DNA of 32,000 nt. Source: Patescibacteria group bacterium (lineage in GTDB: Bacteria; Patescibacteriota; Patescibacteriia; 2-01-FULL-39-33). The stretch lies in assembly GCA_041662745.1 (NCBI GenBank), contig JBAZRV010000007.1, positions 2,028 through 34,027 of the forward strand. Direction: 5' to 3'. The position numbers were made by a program, and so were the translations under genes. Position 1 is the first letter of the stretch. The number at the start of each line of letters is the position of its first letter. Below, one piece after another: positions 9,867 to 18,271 of this stretch. A model generated the notes under the pieces. It was not told the origin of the DNA. It worked only from the letters and a program-made list of their open reading frames with translations, and did no database searches.

Positions 9867-10595
9867 TTACTTGGTCTTAGCCTTGGCAGTCTTAGTCTTT
9901 TTGACCTTAGCGACCGCGACTGCGGACTTTTCTTTAGTTTTTTCTTTAACTTGTTTATAGACTTTATCAATTTCTTCCACCGACTTAATGCCAACCAATA
10001 AAGCGTCGGCCTTAAGCAAATCAACGCAATTCAGGCTCTTAGCGGAGATCGTCGCCACACCTTTAAGGTTTTTAGCGGCGCGAATCAGCTTATCATCTCC
10101 TTCGCTCATCACCAACAAGAACTTCTTACTCTCTTTCAATCCGGCAATCGCTTTCTTGATATTCTTAAACCAAACATTCAAATCTTTGGTTTTGCCGGCG
10201 GGATTTTCCAATTTATCAAAAATAAACAGATCTTTATTGGCGGCCTTATCGGATAAGCACATGGCCAGAGCGGCTTGTTTCATTTTTTTGTTCACTTTTT
10301 GAGTGAAGTTGCGATCATTCCTCGGACCGAAAGTTACGCCGCCGCCAACCCAAATCGGGGAACGGGTGGAACCGTGACGAGCACGGCCAGTGCCTTTTTG
10401 GCGCCAGGGTTTTTTACCGCCTCCACGCACCTCGGCCCGGGTCTTGGTATGAGCCAGCACTTCGCGGGAATTAGCTTCTTGAGCGATTACCACCTGATGG
10501 ACTACGGCCGGATTGACTTCACGGCCAAACAACCGAGCGGGCAGCTCGACATCTTTTATTTGTTCGCCTTGATAATTGTATACGGGAAATTTCAT
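9867..10595 (-). CDS. rplD: 50S ribosomal protein L4 (start revised from 10625)
   Basis: MKFPVYNYQGEQIKDVELPARLFG, TRAEVRGGGKKPWRQKGTGRARHGSTRSPIWVGGG; ATG at 10593-10595. Confidence 0.97.
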   Translation of the reverse strand: MKFPVYNYQGEQIKDVELPARLFGREVNPAVVHQVVIAQEANSREVLAHTKTRAEVRGGGKKPWRQKGTGRARHGSTRSPIWVGGGVTFGPRNDRNFTQKVNKKMKQAALAMCLSDKAANKDLFIFDKLENPAGKTKDLNVWFKNIKKAIAGLKESKKFLLVMSEGDDKLIRAAKNLKGVATISAKSLNCVDLLKADALLVGIKSVEEIDKVYKQVKEKTKEKSAVAVAKVKKTKTAKAKTK

Positions 10596-10633
10596 ACTTA
10601 TATATGGCTTATGGCTTACGGCCAATAGCTTAT

Positions 10634-11470
10634 TTATTCTTTTACTTCTTCAATTTTATTTTCTTCAATCGGCTTCAACTCAGCGACAGCCTCTTCCTTA
10701 GATTCAGCAACGACTTCTTCCCGAGGTTCCGCCTTAATCTCAGTATCCGCCTTAATCTCAGTAATTGAATCTTCGGCGCTTTTTTCTACCGGAACTTCTT
10801 TAGTAATTTCTTCGGGAATTTCTTTCACCGATTCTGGTTGTTTGATTATCATCTCGCCCGGACCGTAAATCATGATTAAACCATGGCGAGCTCCGGGAAC
10901 GGCGCCCTTAACATAAAGAATGTTTTTTTCCGGCTCAACGGCAATAATCTGAAGTCCGGACACGGTAACCTGTTCATCGCCCATATGTCCAGCCATTCTC
11001 TTGCCCTTAAACACACGTTGCACTCCGCCGGCACCGATAGAACCGGGCATTCTTTCTTGATCCTTATGGCCATGGGAAGAATTCTGGCCATGAAAACCAT
11101 GGCGTTTAACCACGCCTTGGAAACCCTTGCCCTTAGATTGGCCGGTCACGGTAACCGCATCGCCCTCGGCAAAAACTTCAACAGTAATAACATCGCCGCG
11201 TTTAACACCGGCAACCTCCTTATCGGTCAAACGGAATTCGCGGACGGTTTTAACCGGCGGCAAGTCTTTCAAATGACCGATTCTGGATTTACCCGGCTTT
11301 TTATCAACGCCAAAACCGACTTGGACGGCATTATAACCATCCTTACTATCGGCTGACTTGACCTGAGTAACGACATTGGGCAAAGCCAAAACCGCCGTTA
11401 CCGGGACAACCATACCGTCTTCCTTGTAGAGTTGGGTCATTTCTACTTTTTTTCCTAAAATGAATTTCAT
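10634..11470 (-). CDS. rplC: 50S ribosomal protein L3 with Glu/Lys-rich C-terminal tail
   Basis: MKFILGKKVEMTQLYKEDG, KNILYVKGAVPGARHGLIMI; about 60 aa low-complexity tail. Confidence 0.97.
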   Translation of the reverse strand: MKFILGKKVEMTQLYKEDGMVVPVTAVLALPNVVTQVKSADSKDGYNAVQVGFGVDKKPGKSRIGHLKDLPPVKTVREFRLTDKEVAGVKRGDVITVEVFAEGDAVTVTGQSKGKGFQGVVKRHGFHGQNSSHGHKDQERMPGSIGAGGVQRVFKGKRMAGHMGDEQVTVSGLQIIAVEPEKNILYVKGAVPGARHGLIMIYGPGEMIIKQPESVKEIPEEITKEVPVEKSAEDSITEIKADTEIKAEPREEVVAESKEEAVAELKPIEENKIEEVKE

Positions 11471-11499
11471 AATCTTTAAATCACATTTGCTATTTAAAC

Positions 11500-11524
11500 A
11501 AAAAGTCCGGTTTTACCCGAACCT
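11500..11524 (-). terminator. Terminator/attenuator-like hairpin immediately upstream of rplC
   Basis: Minus-strand AGGTTCGG-GTAAAA-CCGGACTT followed by TTTTG; core stem 11505-11522. Confidence 0.6.
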
Positions 11525-11644
11525 TAACTTTAACACGCAGCGCCCAATTCGTCCTTAAAAGGCAAAATCGGTTACAGTCGTCATTAAGTTGTGGTTTTAG
11601 GTAAAAACTCCTTTTTGCGGACTGCTCCCTACTCATGAAGGTTT

Positions 11645-11674
11645 TCCCCGCAGGTTGCTGCTTTAAACTGGGGA
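11645..11674 (-). promoter_or_regulatory. Structured element in the rpsJ-rplC intergenic leader
   Basis: Minus-strand TCCCC-AGTTTAAA-GCAG-CAAC-CTGC-GGGGA: 9 stacked pairs with an 8-nt internal bulge. Confidence 0.5.
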
Positions 11675-11732
11675 TCTTTCTTCATTTTCTTTAGCGGCCG
11701 CTTGGGCCTAACTTCGCTTATGGCGAAGAGAC

Positions 11733-12065
11733 TTACATTTTAATTTCAATATTCACGCCGGCTGGCAGATTCAATCCCATCAGAGCATCAACAACCTGGG
11801 CGGTCGGATCAATAATGTCAATCAAACGCTTATGCGTACGCATTTCAAACTGATCACGCGCGTTCTTGTGCACGAAAGTGGAACGGTTAACGGTATACTT
11901 GCGTTTTTCTGTGGGCAAGGGTACCGGACCGACAACTTTTACGCCAAAACGATGGCAACTCTCAATGATTTTTTTAGCGGAGTTATCAATAATTTTGTGA
12001 TCGTACGCTTTAAGTTTGATCCTGATTCTTTGGTGGGCTTTGCCCTCGGCTACTTTAGTGGTCAT
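11733..12065 (-). CDS. rpsJ: 30S ribosomal protein S10
   Basis: [64 protein letters not shown]. Confidence 0.98.
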   Translation of the reverse strand: MTTKVAEGKAHQRIRIKLKAYDHKIIDNSAKKIIESCHRFGVKVVGPVPLPTEKRKYTVNRSTFVHKNARDQFEMRTHKRLIDIIDPTAQVVDALMGLNLPAGVNIEIKM

Positions 12066-12192
12066 AGTTATGCTGGTCTTACCGTCCGGGTGGGTTAATT
12101 AATTTATAACGGACGCAATGACTAAGGTGAAATTTAATTTCACTGGCTCGGAGACGAACGAGACTGCTCATCTCCGAAGAGTAAAATAAAAT

Positions 12193-13377
12193 TTATTTGA
12201 CAATCTTGGTTACAACACCGGCGCCGACAGTATGGCCGCCTTCACGAATGGCGAATTTCATCTTTTCTTCCATGGCCACGGTCTTGCCCAATTTGACGAT
12301 GACGTTAACGGTGTCGCCAGGCATAACCATTTCTGTTCCGGCCGGCAAAGTTATTTCACCGGTTACATCAGTTGTTCTGACGTAGAACTGCGGTTTATAG
12401 CCATTGAAAAACGGCTTGTGGCGTCCGCCTTCTTCCTTGGACAGGATGTAGACTTCGGCTTCAAACTCGGAATGCGGAGTGATGGAACCTGGTTTGGCCA
12501 AAACTTGACCGCGTTCAACTTCTTCTTTCTTAGTGCCGCGCAAGAGGACACCGGCATTATCACCGGCTCTGCCCTCATCCAGGGATTTATTAAACATTTC
12601 GATGCCGGTAACGACGGTTTTCTTAGTATCGGCCAAACCGACAATTTCTACTTCTTCGTTAATTTTGATTATACCGCGTTCAATTCTGCCGGTAACGACG
12701 GTGCCGCGGCCTTCAATAGAGAAAACATCCTCAATCGGCATTAGGAAAGGCTGATCGGTGGCGCGTTGCGGCTCGGGGATGTAAGTGTCTAAAGCATTCA
12801 TTAATTCCATGATGCAATCGGCATCGGGACCGCTCGGATTCTCCAAAGCCTTCAAAGCAGAACCCTTGATAATCGGAGTGGTGTCGCCGGGATAGTTATA
12901 TTTGGTCAATAACTCACGGATTTCTCCTTCAACCAAATCAATCATTTCCGGATCGGCCTGATCAACTTTGTTAATGAAAACGACGATATGAGGTACGCCG
13001 ACTTGGTAAGCCAAAAGAATATGCTCTCTGGTCTGAGGCATGGGGCCGTCGGTAGCAGCCACGACCAAAATAGCTCCATCCATCTGGGCGGCGCCAGTAA
13101 TCATGTTCTTGATGTAATCAGCATGGCCTGGGCAATCCACGTGAGCGTAGTGGCGCTTTTCTGTTTCGTATTCTACGTGAGCGGTAGCAATAGTGATACC
13201 GCGAGCCTTCTCTTCGGGGGCGGCATCAATCTGATCGACTGATTTATGCTGGGCCGTAAAGCCGCGAGCAGCCAGGGTGGCCAAAATAGCCGCGGTCAAG
13301 GTAGTCTTGCCGTGGTCGACGTGACCAATGGTACCCACATTAACGTGGGGCTTGCTTCTGTTAAATGCTTCTGCCAT
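12193..13377 (-). CDS. tuf: Elongation factor Tu (start revised from 13410)
   Basis: [61 protein letters not shown]. Confidence 0.98.
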   Translation of the reverse strand: MAEAFNRSKPHVNVGTIGHVDHGKTTLTAAILATLAARGFTAQHKSVDQIDAAPEEKARGITIATAHVEYETEKRHYAHVDCPGHADYIKNMITGAAQMDGAILVVAATDGPMPQTREHILLAYQVGVPHIVVFINKVDQADPEMIDLVEGEIRELLTKYNYPGDTTPIIKGSALKALENPSGPDADCIMELMNALDTYIPEPQRATDQPFLMPIEDVFSIEGRGTVVTGRIERGIIKINEEVEIVGLADTKKTVVTGIEMFNKSLDEGRAGDNAGVLLRGTKKEEVERGQVLAKPGSITPHSEFEAEVYILSKEEGGRHKPFFNGYKPQFYVRTTDVTGEITLPAGTEMVMPGDTVNVIVKLGKTVAMEEKMKFAIREGGHTVGAGVVTKIVK

Positions 13378-13476
13378 GTTATTTATCCTTTTTGAGTTCC
13401 TCGCCCTCAAATCCGGGGAGTTTTAGCCAGAACTCAATATTATTTAGTATTATTTATAATTTTTATTAGCTTGACT

Positions 13477-13504
13477 ATTATATCACAAAAACAAAAAAAA
13501 TCAA
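13477..13504 (-). promoter_or_regulatory. Predicted sigma70-type promoter for tuf
   Basis: Minus strand TTGATT - 16 nt - TATAAT, about 100 bp upstream of the tuf start. Confidence 0.6.
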
Positions 13505-13549
13505 GAAGGAGCGGGATTATATTTTTTCCACAGTTACCGCACAGCCGAT

Positions 13550-13906
13550 TTAACCGTTTACCGGCTCAAAGTAGTACCGATCTTCATCTTGTATGTCTCG
13601 ATCATTTTGGCTAAATTCAGATAAAATCTCTTCATCAGGGACAACTCCGATATCTCTGGCAAAATTATACTGATCCACTGACAATTCCCTTAGCTCTTGA
13701 TTATCCTTCCAAATAGCGATATCACGATTTATTTTATCTAAAAGTTCATCTTCTGTCAAGCCCGAGACGCCAGATTTGCCTAAAATTAAATCTTCATAAT
13801 CAGCGACAGTCATAATAACATAGCCCGGTTCGCCGTGCTCATCCAAAACAATGGCCTTATCACCTGTTTTTTTGAGTAAATTTACTAATTTAGTAAGATT
13901 GGGCAT
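13550..13906 (-). CDS. Small protein with Phd/YefM-like N-terminal half; no toxin partner visible
   Basis: MPNLTKLVNLLKKTGDKAIVLDEHGEPGYVIMTVADYEDLIL resembles the prevent-host-death antitoxin pattern; a TATAAT lies upstream on the minus strand. Confidence 0.6.
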   Translation of the reverse strand: MPNLTKLVNLLKKTGDKAIVLDEHGEPGYVIMTVADYEDLILGKSGVSGLTEDELLDKINRDIAIWKDNQELRELSVDQYNFARDIGVVPDEEILSEFSQNDRDIQDEDRYYFEPVNG

Positions 13907-14062
13907 ATTAATTGCTGAGTTGATAAATTAGCGGCCAAATACTGATTAACCGCTTTAACTGGCAATAATTAGCGTTGATTTAATAATATTATAGCAAAAA
14001 CAGGACTTTGTAAAGTGGTAATGATTGAGCTGGCGGGTGTGGATAACTATTTATTAAAAACA

Positions 14063-14091
14063 TTGACAAAATCATAAGTATTTGATATAAT
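14063..14091 (+). promoter_or_regulatory. Consensus sigma70 promoter
   Basis: TTGACA (14063-14068) - 17 nt - TATAAT (14086-14091). Confidence 0.85.
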
Positions 14092-14209
14092 ACGATGTTA
14101 ATCGTCCCTGTCGGGCGGTTGGCTGAGGCCGAAACCAAAATCGTTTATGTGGACGATGGCGGTTCTATCTGTTCCTTATTAAAGTCCCAAGGACAAGGAG
14201 TACCGGAGA

Positions 14210-14914
14210 ATGAAAGAGTATGGACCACGCCGTGTCTTACATGTTAGATTCATAAACGATGGCGAAGGAGATATAAAGGATTTCAACAACAATGGCTCCG
14301 TCCTACGCATCGCGGATGAAACCTTCCTGACGGCCATGAAAACCCTGGGCGAAAAACTTGGCCGAGCCGATCTGGACGCCCTGAGATGTGATGATGGTAG
14401 CGTATTGCTAACCGACCCGCCGTGTTTTGGCGGAACAATAAAAGTGGCGGAAAGATGCCTAACCGAAGCCGACATTTTTTTCCAGAAAATACCGCGCATT
14501 CCCAAGGCGGAAGAACTGTCGGAGTATATTGATAACATCAACGGTTGTCGGCATTTGTTCAAGCCGCTGCCGTTCGGGTACGGCTATCGGTACGACTACG
14601 CCTGTCTGGAAATCGGCGTACAACTGGGAACCGTCGAAACTATGGGGGCGCTAGCTACCATATACCGGGTCAGACGCTACCGCCAAGAGTTTGTTGGCGA
14701 TAAAAATCAAATCGTTGCGGGGGAAATAAAATACGGTCACCGCAACGCTCCGCGTGATTTGATTGATGTCTTCGGTTGTTGCCTCCTACTTTGTCAGGGC
14801 AACATAAAAAAAGCCCAACAAATGAGTGGGAGTTCTTACGTTAAGTGGGGAATTCATGACCTCACAAAAAAGGCTTTTAACATGATGCGCGAGGAGGCTG
14901 CCAAGACCGCCTAA
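14210..14914 (+). CDS. Uncharacterised 234-aa protein
   Basis: AAGGAG at 14195-14200 9 nt before ATG; consensus promoter upstream; terminator downstream; no family recognised. Confidence 0.85.
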   Translation: MKEYGPRRVLHVRFINDGEGDIKDFNNNGSVLRIADETFLTAMKTLGEKLGRADLDALRCDDGSVLLTDPPCFGGTIKVAERCLTEADIFFQKIPRIPKAEELSEYIDNINGCRHLFKPLPFGYGYRYDYACLEIGVQLGTVETMGALATIYRVRRYRQEFVGDKNQIVAGEIKYGHRNAPRDLIDVFGCCLLLCQGNIKKAQQMSGSSYVKWGIHDLTKKAFNMMREEAAKTA

Positions 14915-14923
14915 TCGCCAAGT

Positions 14924-14956
14924 ACAAAATCCCCGCACTGCTGACGCAGGGCGGGG
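14924..14956 (+). terminator. Intrinsic terminator of the 14210-14914 gene
   Basis: CCCCGC-A-CTGC-TGAC-GCAG-G-GCGGGG followed by a T-rich tract. Confidence 0.8.
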
Positions 14957-14983
14957 GTTCTTTTTTATTTGAAAAATGATAAG

Positions 14984-17692
14984 TTATAGGCCCTTAGCTT
15001 GACCGCGTAACTTCGCAAGCTTCTCTTCGGCAGCAGTCAATTTTTCTTTTTCTTTTTCCACTACCGCCTGAGGCGCATTTTTTACAAATTCCTCATTACC
15101 CATCTTGCCTTGCAAACCGCTTAAGTATTTTTCCGTCTCCGTAATTTCTTTAGCTAAACGCTCCTTTTCTGCTCCAATGTCAATCAGTCCGGTCAGGACT
15201 AAATAAATTTCCGCGCCCTCAATAACCTTGACAGCGGAATTTTCCGGCTTAGCGCCGGCGAAGCTAATCGTCAAATTCTCCAAACGCGCCAGGCGCTTGA
15301 TAATTTCCGCTTGAGATTCCAATAATTCCTTTTTATCGCTAATAATTATCACCTTAACCAGTTTGACCGGTTCAATTTTATTTTCCGCGCGCAGATTCCT
15401 AATTGCCGTAACTAATTCTTTGACAAGCCCAAAATCATTATTGCCTTCAATGCCGGATAAATGCGCGATCTCCTTGATCTTATCCCATAATTTTACTTCT
15501 CTGCCAACCGGCCATGGCTCCACCATCAACATCCTCCCCGCCGCCAGTTTGTCCCAGATCTCTTCAGTGACAAACGGCATATAAGGATGCCAAAGCTTCA
15601 GCAAGGTTTGCAGGGTATATAATAGTATTTCCTCTTTGTTGACTTTAGATTTTTGGCTTTCAATTTTATAAACTTCAAGATACCAATCGGCAAAATCGCT
15701 CCAAGTAAAATCATACAAAATCTCACTGGCCAAAGAGAATTCACAATTATCCAACTGTTTGGTGACTTCAGCGATTTTGACGCTTAGCCTGTCCAACAGC
15801 CAGTTATCGGCTAAGGTAATCGGTTCCGGCATTGTTTCCACTAACCTCGGATTTTCCACGACAGATAAGATATAGCGGGAAATATTCCAAAATTTATTAA
15901 CAAAGTTCCTGGCCGCTGCCACTTTTTCTTCATAAAACCTGGCATCGTTGCCGGCAGTCGTGCCTTTAATCAAGGATAAACGCAAGGCGTCAGTGCCGTA
16001 CTGATCAATTATTTCCAGCGGATCCAAACCATTGCCCAATGATTTGGAAAATTTGCGGCCGTCTTTGGCGCGCAGAATGCCGTGGATATAAACATTCTCA
16101 AACGGAATATCGTCCAGAGCGTAGGTGGTCATTAGTATCATTCTGGCCATCCAAAAAAACAAAATCTCATAGCCCATCTGCATCCAAGTGGTCGGATGAT
16201 ATTTTTTTAAATCAGCGGTTTGCTCCGGCCAACCTAAAGTGGAAAAAGTCCAAGCGCCCGAAGAAAACCAGGTATCCAAAGTATCCTCGTCCTGGCGCAC
16301 CTGACCGCTGCCGCATTTTTCGCATTTATCCACTGATTTATCGGAATAAAATATCTCGCCGCAATCGTCACAATACCAGATCGGAATGCGATGCCCCCAC
16401 CAAATCTGACGCGAAATGCACCAATCGCGCAGGTTATCAATCCAATACAAGTAAGTGTCGTGGAATCTTTCTGGCGTAATTTTAATAATTTTATTCTTAT
16501 CATGATTATGGCCGACGGTTACGGCTTCACGCATCAAATCCTTCAAGGTTTTGTTGCGGCCGGGAATCTGCTTTTTCACGTCCACAAACCATTGATCCAT
16601 GGGAAGCGCCTCAACTACATCGCCGAAACGATCCGATTTGCCCACATTATGTTCAACTTCCTCTTCTTTAATGTATAACTCATTGCTCTTCAGCCAAGCC
16701 ACGAATTTTTCCCGCGCTTCGTTAACGGTCAGGCCTTCGTAATCTTTGCCCGCGGCCGGAAGCATGCGGCCGTCACGGCCGATAACCGGAATAATGCCGA
16801 TATCTTTGTTTTGCTCATACATCTCAAAATCAATCTGGCTGTGCGCCGGCGTTACGCCGACCGCGCCCGTGCCGTAGTCAATGTCAACATTCTTATCGGC
16901 AATAATCGTAATCACCAGCGGCTTGGCCGCGCCCACATCCGCCGTAAATTTCTGGCCGATGTATTGCTTATACCTGTCATCTTTGGGACTAACCGCTACG
17001 GCCGTATCACCCAATTTTGTTTCCGGACGAGTCGTGGCGATAGCAATAGGAAAATCCTTGCTGTATTTAAAGGTATAGACCGTGGTCTTAACCGTTTCAT
17101 AAACTAACTCGTCATCGGAACAAGTGGATTGCCCTTTGACCGACCAATTGACTACGCGATAGCCGCGATAAATCAAGCCATCGGCGAACATCCTGCGAAA
17201 CAGTTCATTGACTGCCTTGGTGCGCGGTTCGTCAAAAGTATAAGCCAAGCGCGACCAATCGCAAGACGTGCCCATTTTTTTTATCTGAGACAGAATGACT
17301 GATTTTTTTTCCTCGGCATACTCACGGATTTTTTTCAATAATTCTTCGCGACCCAACTCCTGACGCGGATGCTTGATGCCTTGTTTCTTGAGTTCATCCT
17401 CCACCCTGGCCTGAGTAGCCACGGCCGCATGATCGGTGCCGGGCACCAGTAACGCCCGCTTGCCCTTAAGCCGCTGATAGCGCAACTCAATATCCATAAT
17501 GGAATTCTCCAAGGCATGCCCCAAATGCAGGACGCCGGTAACATTGGGCGGCGGCATGGAAACGACAAACTTTTCCGGCCGATTGCCGGGCAGATTGTCG
17601 GGATTAAAATAACCGGACTCCTCCCATTTGCGGTAGATTCCGTCTTCGACCGATTTGGCGTCATACGCCTTGTCCAATTCGATTTTTAGCAT
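14984..17692 (-). CDS. valS: Valyl-tRNA synthetase
   Basis: PPPNVTGVLHLGHALENSI, ALPMDQWFVD, RDWCISRQIWWGHRIPIWYC, DGRKFSKSLGNGLDP (KMSKS-like). Confidence 0.97.
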   Translation of the reverse strand: MLKIELDKAYDAKSVEDGIYRKWEESGYFNPDNLPGNRPEKFVVSMPPPNVTGVLHLGHALENSIMDIELRYQRLKGKRALLVPGTDHAAVATQARVEDELKKQGIKHPRQELGREELLKKIREYAEEKKSVILSQIKKMGTSCDWSRLAYTFDEPRTKAVNELFRRMFADGLIYRGYRVVNWSVKGQSTCSDDELVYETVKTTVYTFKYSKDFPIAIATTRPETKLGDTAVAVSPKDDRYKQYIGQKFTADVGAAKPLVITIIADKNVDIDYGTGAVGVTPAHSQIDFEMYEQNKDIGIIPVIGRDGRMLPAAGKDYEGLTVNEAREKFVAWLKSNELYIKEEEVEHNVGKSDRFGDVVEALPMDQWFVDVKKQIPGRNKTLKDLMREAVTVGHNHDKNKIIKITPERFHDTYLYWIDNLRDWCISRQIWWGHRIPIWYCDDCGEIFYSDKSVDKCEKCGSGQVRQDEDTLDTWFSSGAWTFSTLGWPEQTADLKKYHPTTWMQMGYEILFFWMARMILMTTYALDDIPFENVYIHGILRAKDGRKFSKSLGNGLDPLEIIDQYGTDALRLSLIKGTTAGNDARFYEEKVAAARNFVNKFWNISRYILSVVENPRLVETMPEPITLADNWLLDRLSVKIAEVTKQLDNCEFSLASEILYDFTWSDFADWYLEVYKIESQKSKVNKEEILLYTLQTLLKLWHPYMPFVTEEIWDKLAAGRMLMVEPWPVGREVKLWDKIKEIAHLSGIEGNNDFGLVKELVTAIRNLRAENKIEPVKLVKVIIISDKKELLESQAEIIKRLARLENLTISFAGAKPENSAVKVIEGAEIYLVLTGLIDIGAEKERLAKEITETEKYLSGLQGKMGNEEFVKNAPQAVVEKEKEKLTAAEEKLAKLRGQAKGL

Positions 17693-17751
17693 ACAGGTAA
17701 TGCTTTAATCCTACTAAAATATGCCATTTTTTTCAAGTTTTTTACTTATCC

Positions 17752-17780
17752 TTGACAAATCCCGAGGGGTTTGATACCAT
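17752..17780 (+). promoter_or_regulatory. Predicted sigma70-type promoter
   Basis: TTGACA - 17 nt - TACCAT, about 85 bp upstream of the 17867 ORF. Confidence 0.6.
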
Positions 17781-17866
17781 AAGCCAATATTAGAACTTTA
17801 AAAAACCAAGAATAAACAGGTAGTCGCCAATAGAAAAATTACCAAACCAACAAGGAGGACTAAACA

Positions 17867-18172
17867 ATGGACAAAGCCGATTGCGAACGACTACAACAAA
17901 TCATTGAAACGCTTGCCGAACTGCCTAAGGTTGGAGAAAAGGTTTTGCTGTATTATCACGCAAGCAAACACTCAGTAAGCTCGTTTCAAATGCAAGAAAT
18001 CTCGCATATTTCAGGGGATTGTAATGGTATATACTTTTTTTATATCAATAACAACCAGCAATTTCTAGTTTTTGATCAGACTTCCAAATTATGGCATTTA
18101 GCTGGGTTAGCCAGTCGATCAATTTCGGTTATCTGGGGTGAAGAATTGAAACCCGACTTTAATCCTGATTAA
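17867..18172 (+). CDS. Uncharacterised 101-aa protein
   Basis: AAGGAGG at 17852-17858 upstream of ATG; promoter and terminator present; MDKADCERLQQIIETLAELPKVGEKVLLYYHASKHS...; no family recognised. Confidence 0.8.
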   Translation: MDKADCERLQQIIETLAELPKVGEKVLLYYHASKHSVSSFQMQEISHISGDCNGIYFFYINNNQQFLVFDQTSKLWHLAGLASRSISVIWGEELKPDFNPD

Positions 18173-18189
18173 ATCAAGTACCTTTCCCG

Positions 18190-18220
18190 CCCTCGGACAC
18201 TGCGATCCGAGGGTTTTATT
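18190..18220 (+). terminator. Intrinsic terminator of the 17867 gene
   Basis: CCCTCGGA-cactgcga-TCCGAGGG-TTTTATT. Confidence 0.85.
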
Positions 18221-18227
18221 TTCAAAC

Positions 18228-18260
18228 AAAAATACTCCGACATCTGCCGGAGTATTTTTT
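18228..18260. terminator. Bidirectional terminator between convergent 17867 gene and fusA
   Basis: AAAAATACTCCG-acatctgc-CGGAGTATTTTTT, 12-bp stem with A/T tracts on both sides. Confidence 0.85.
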
Positions 18261-18271
18261 ATTTGATATTT

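Noticed and set aside
9863-10024. N-terminal 54 codons of the track rplW ORF
   Set aside because: Overlaps rplD in another frame; ATG at 9862 is the better start
10883-11356. 157-aa plus-strand ORF antisense to rplC
   Set aside because: Shadow frame of rplC
11502-11650. Possible short leader peptides between rpsJ and rplC (for example MKKDPQFKAATCGENLHE and a 48-codon frame)
   Set aside because: No convincing Shine-Dalgarno and they overlap the structured region; non-coding leader preferred
12066-12192. Hairpins in the tuf-rpsJ gap such as GTGAAAT-taa-ATTTCAC and CGGAGA...TCTCCG
   Set aside because: Short and without a U-tract or clear regulatory context; could be chance
12232-12744. 170-aa plus-strand ORF antisense to tuf
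   Set aside because: Shadow frame of tuf
16039-16503. Plus-strand 146-aa and minus-strand 89-aa alternative-frame ORFs within valS
   Set aside because: Overlap the valS catalytic region; compositionally unlike real proteins
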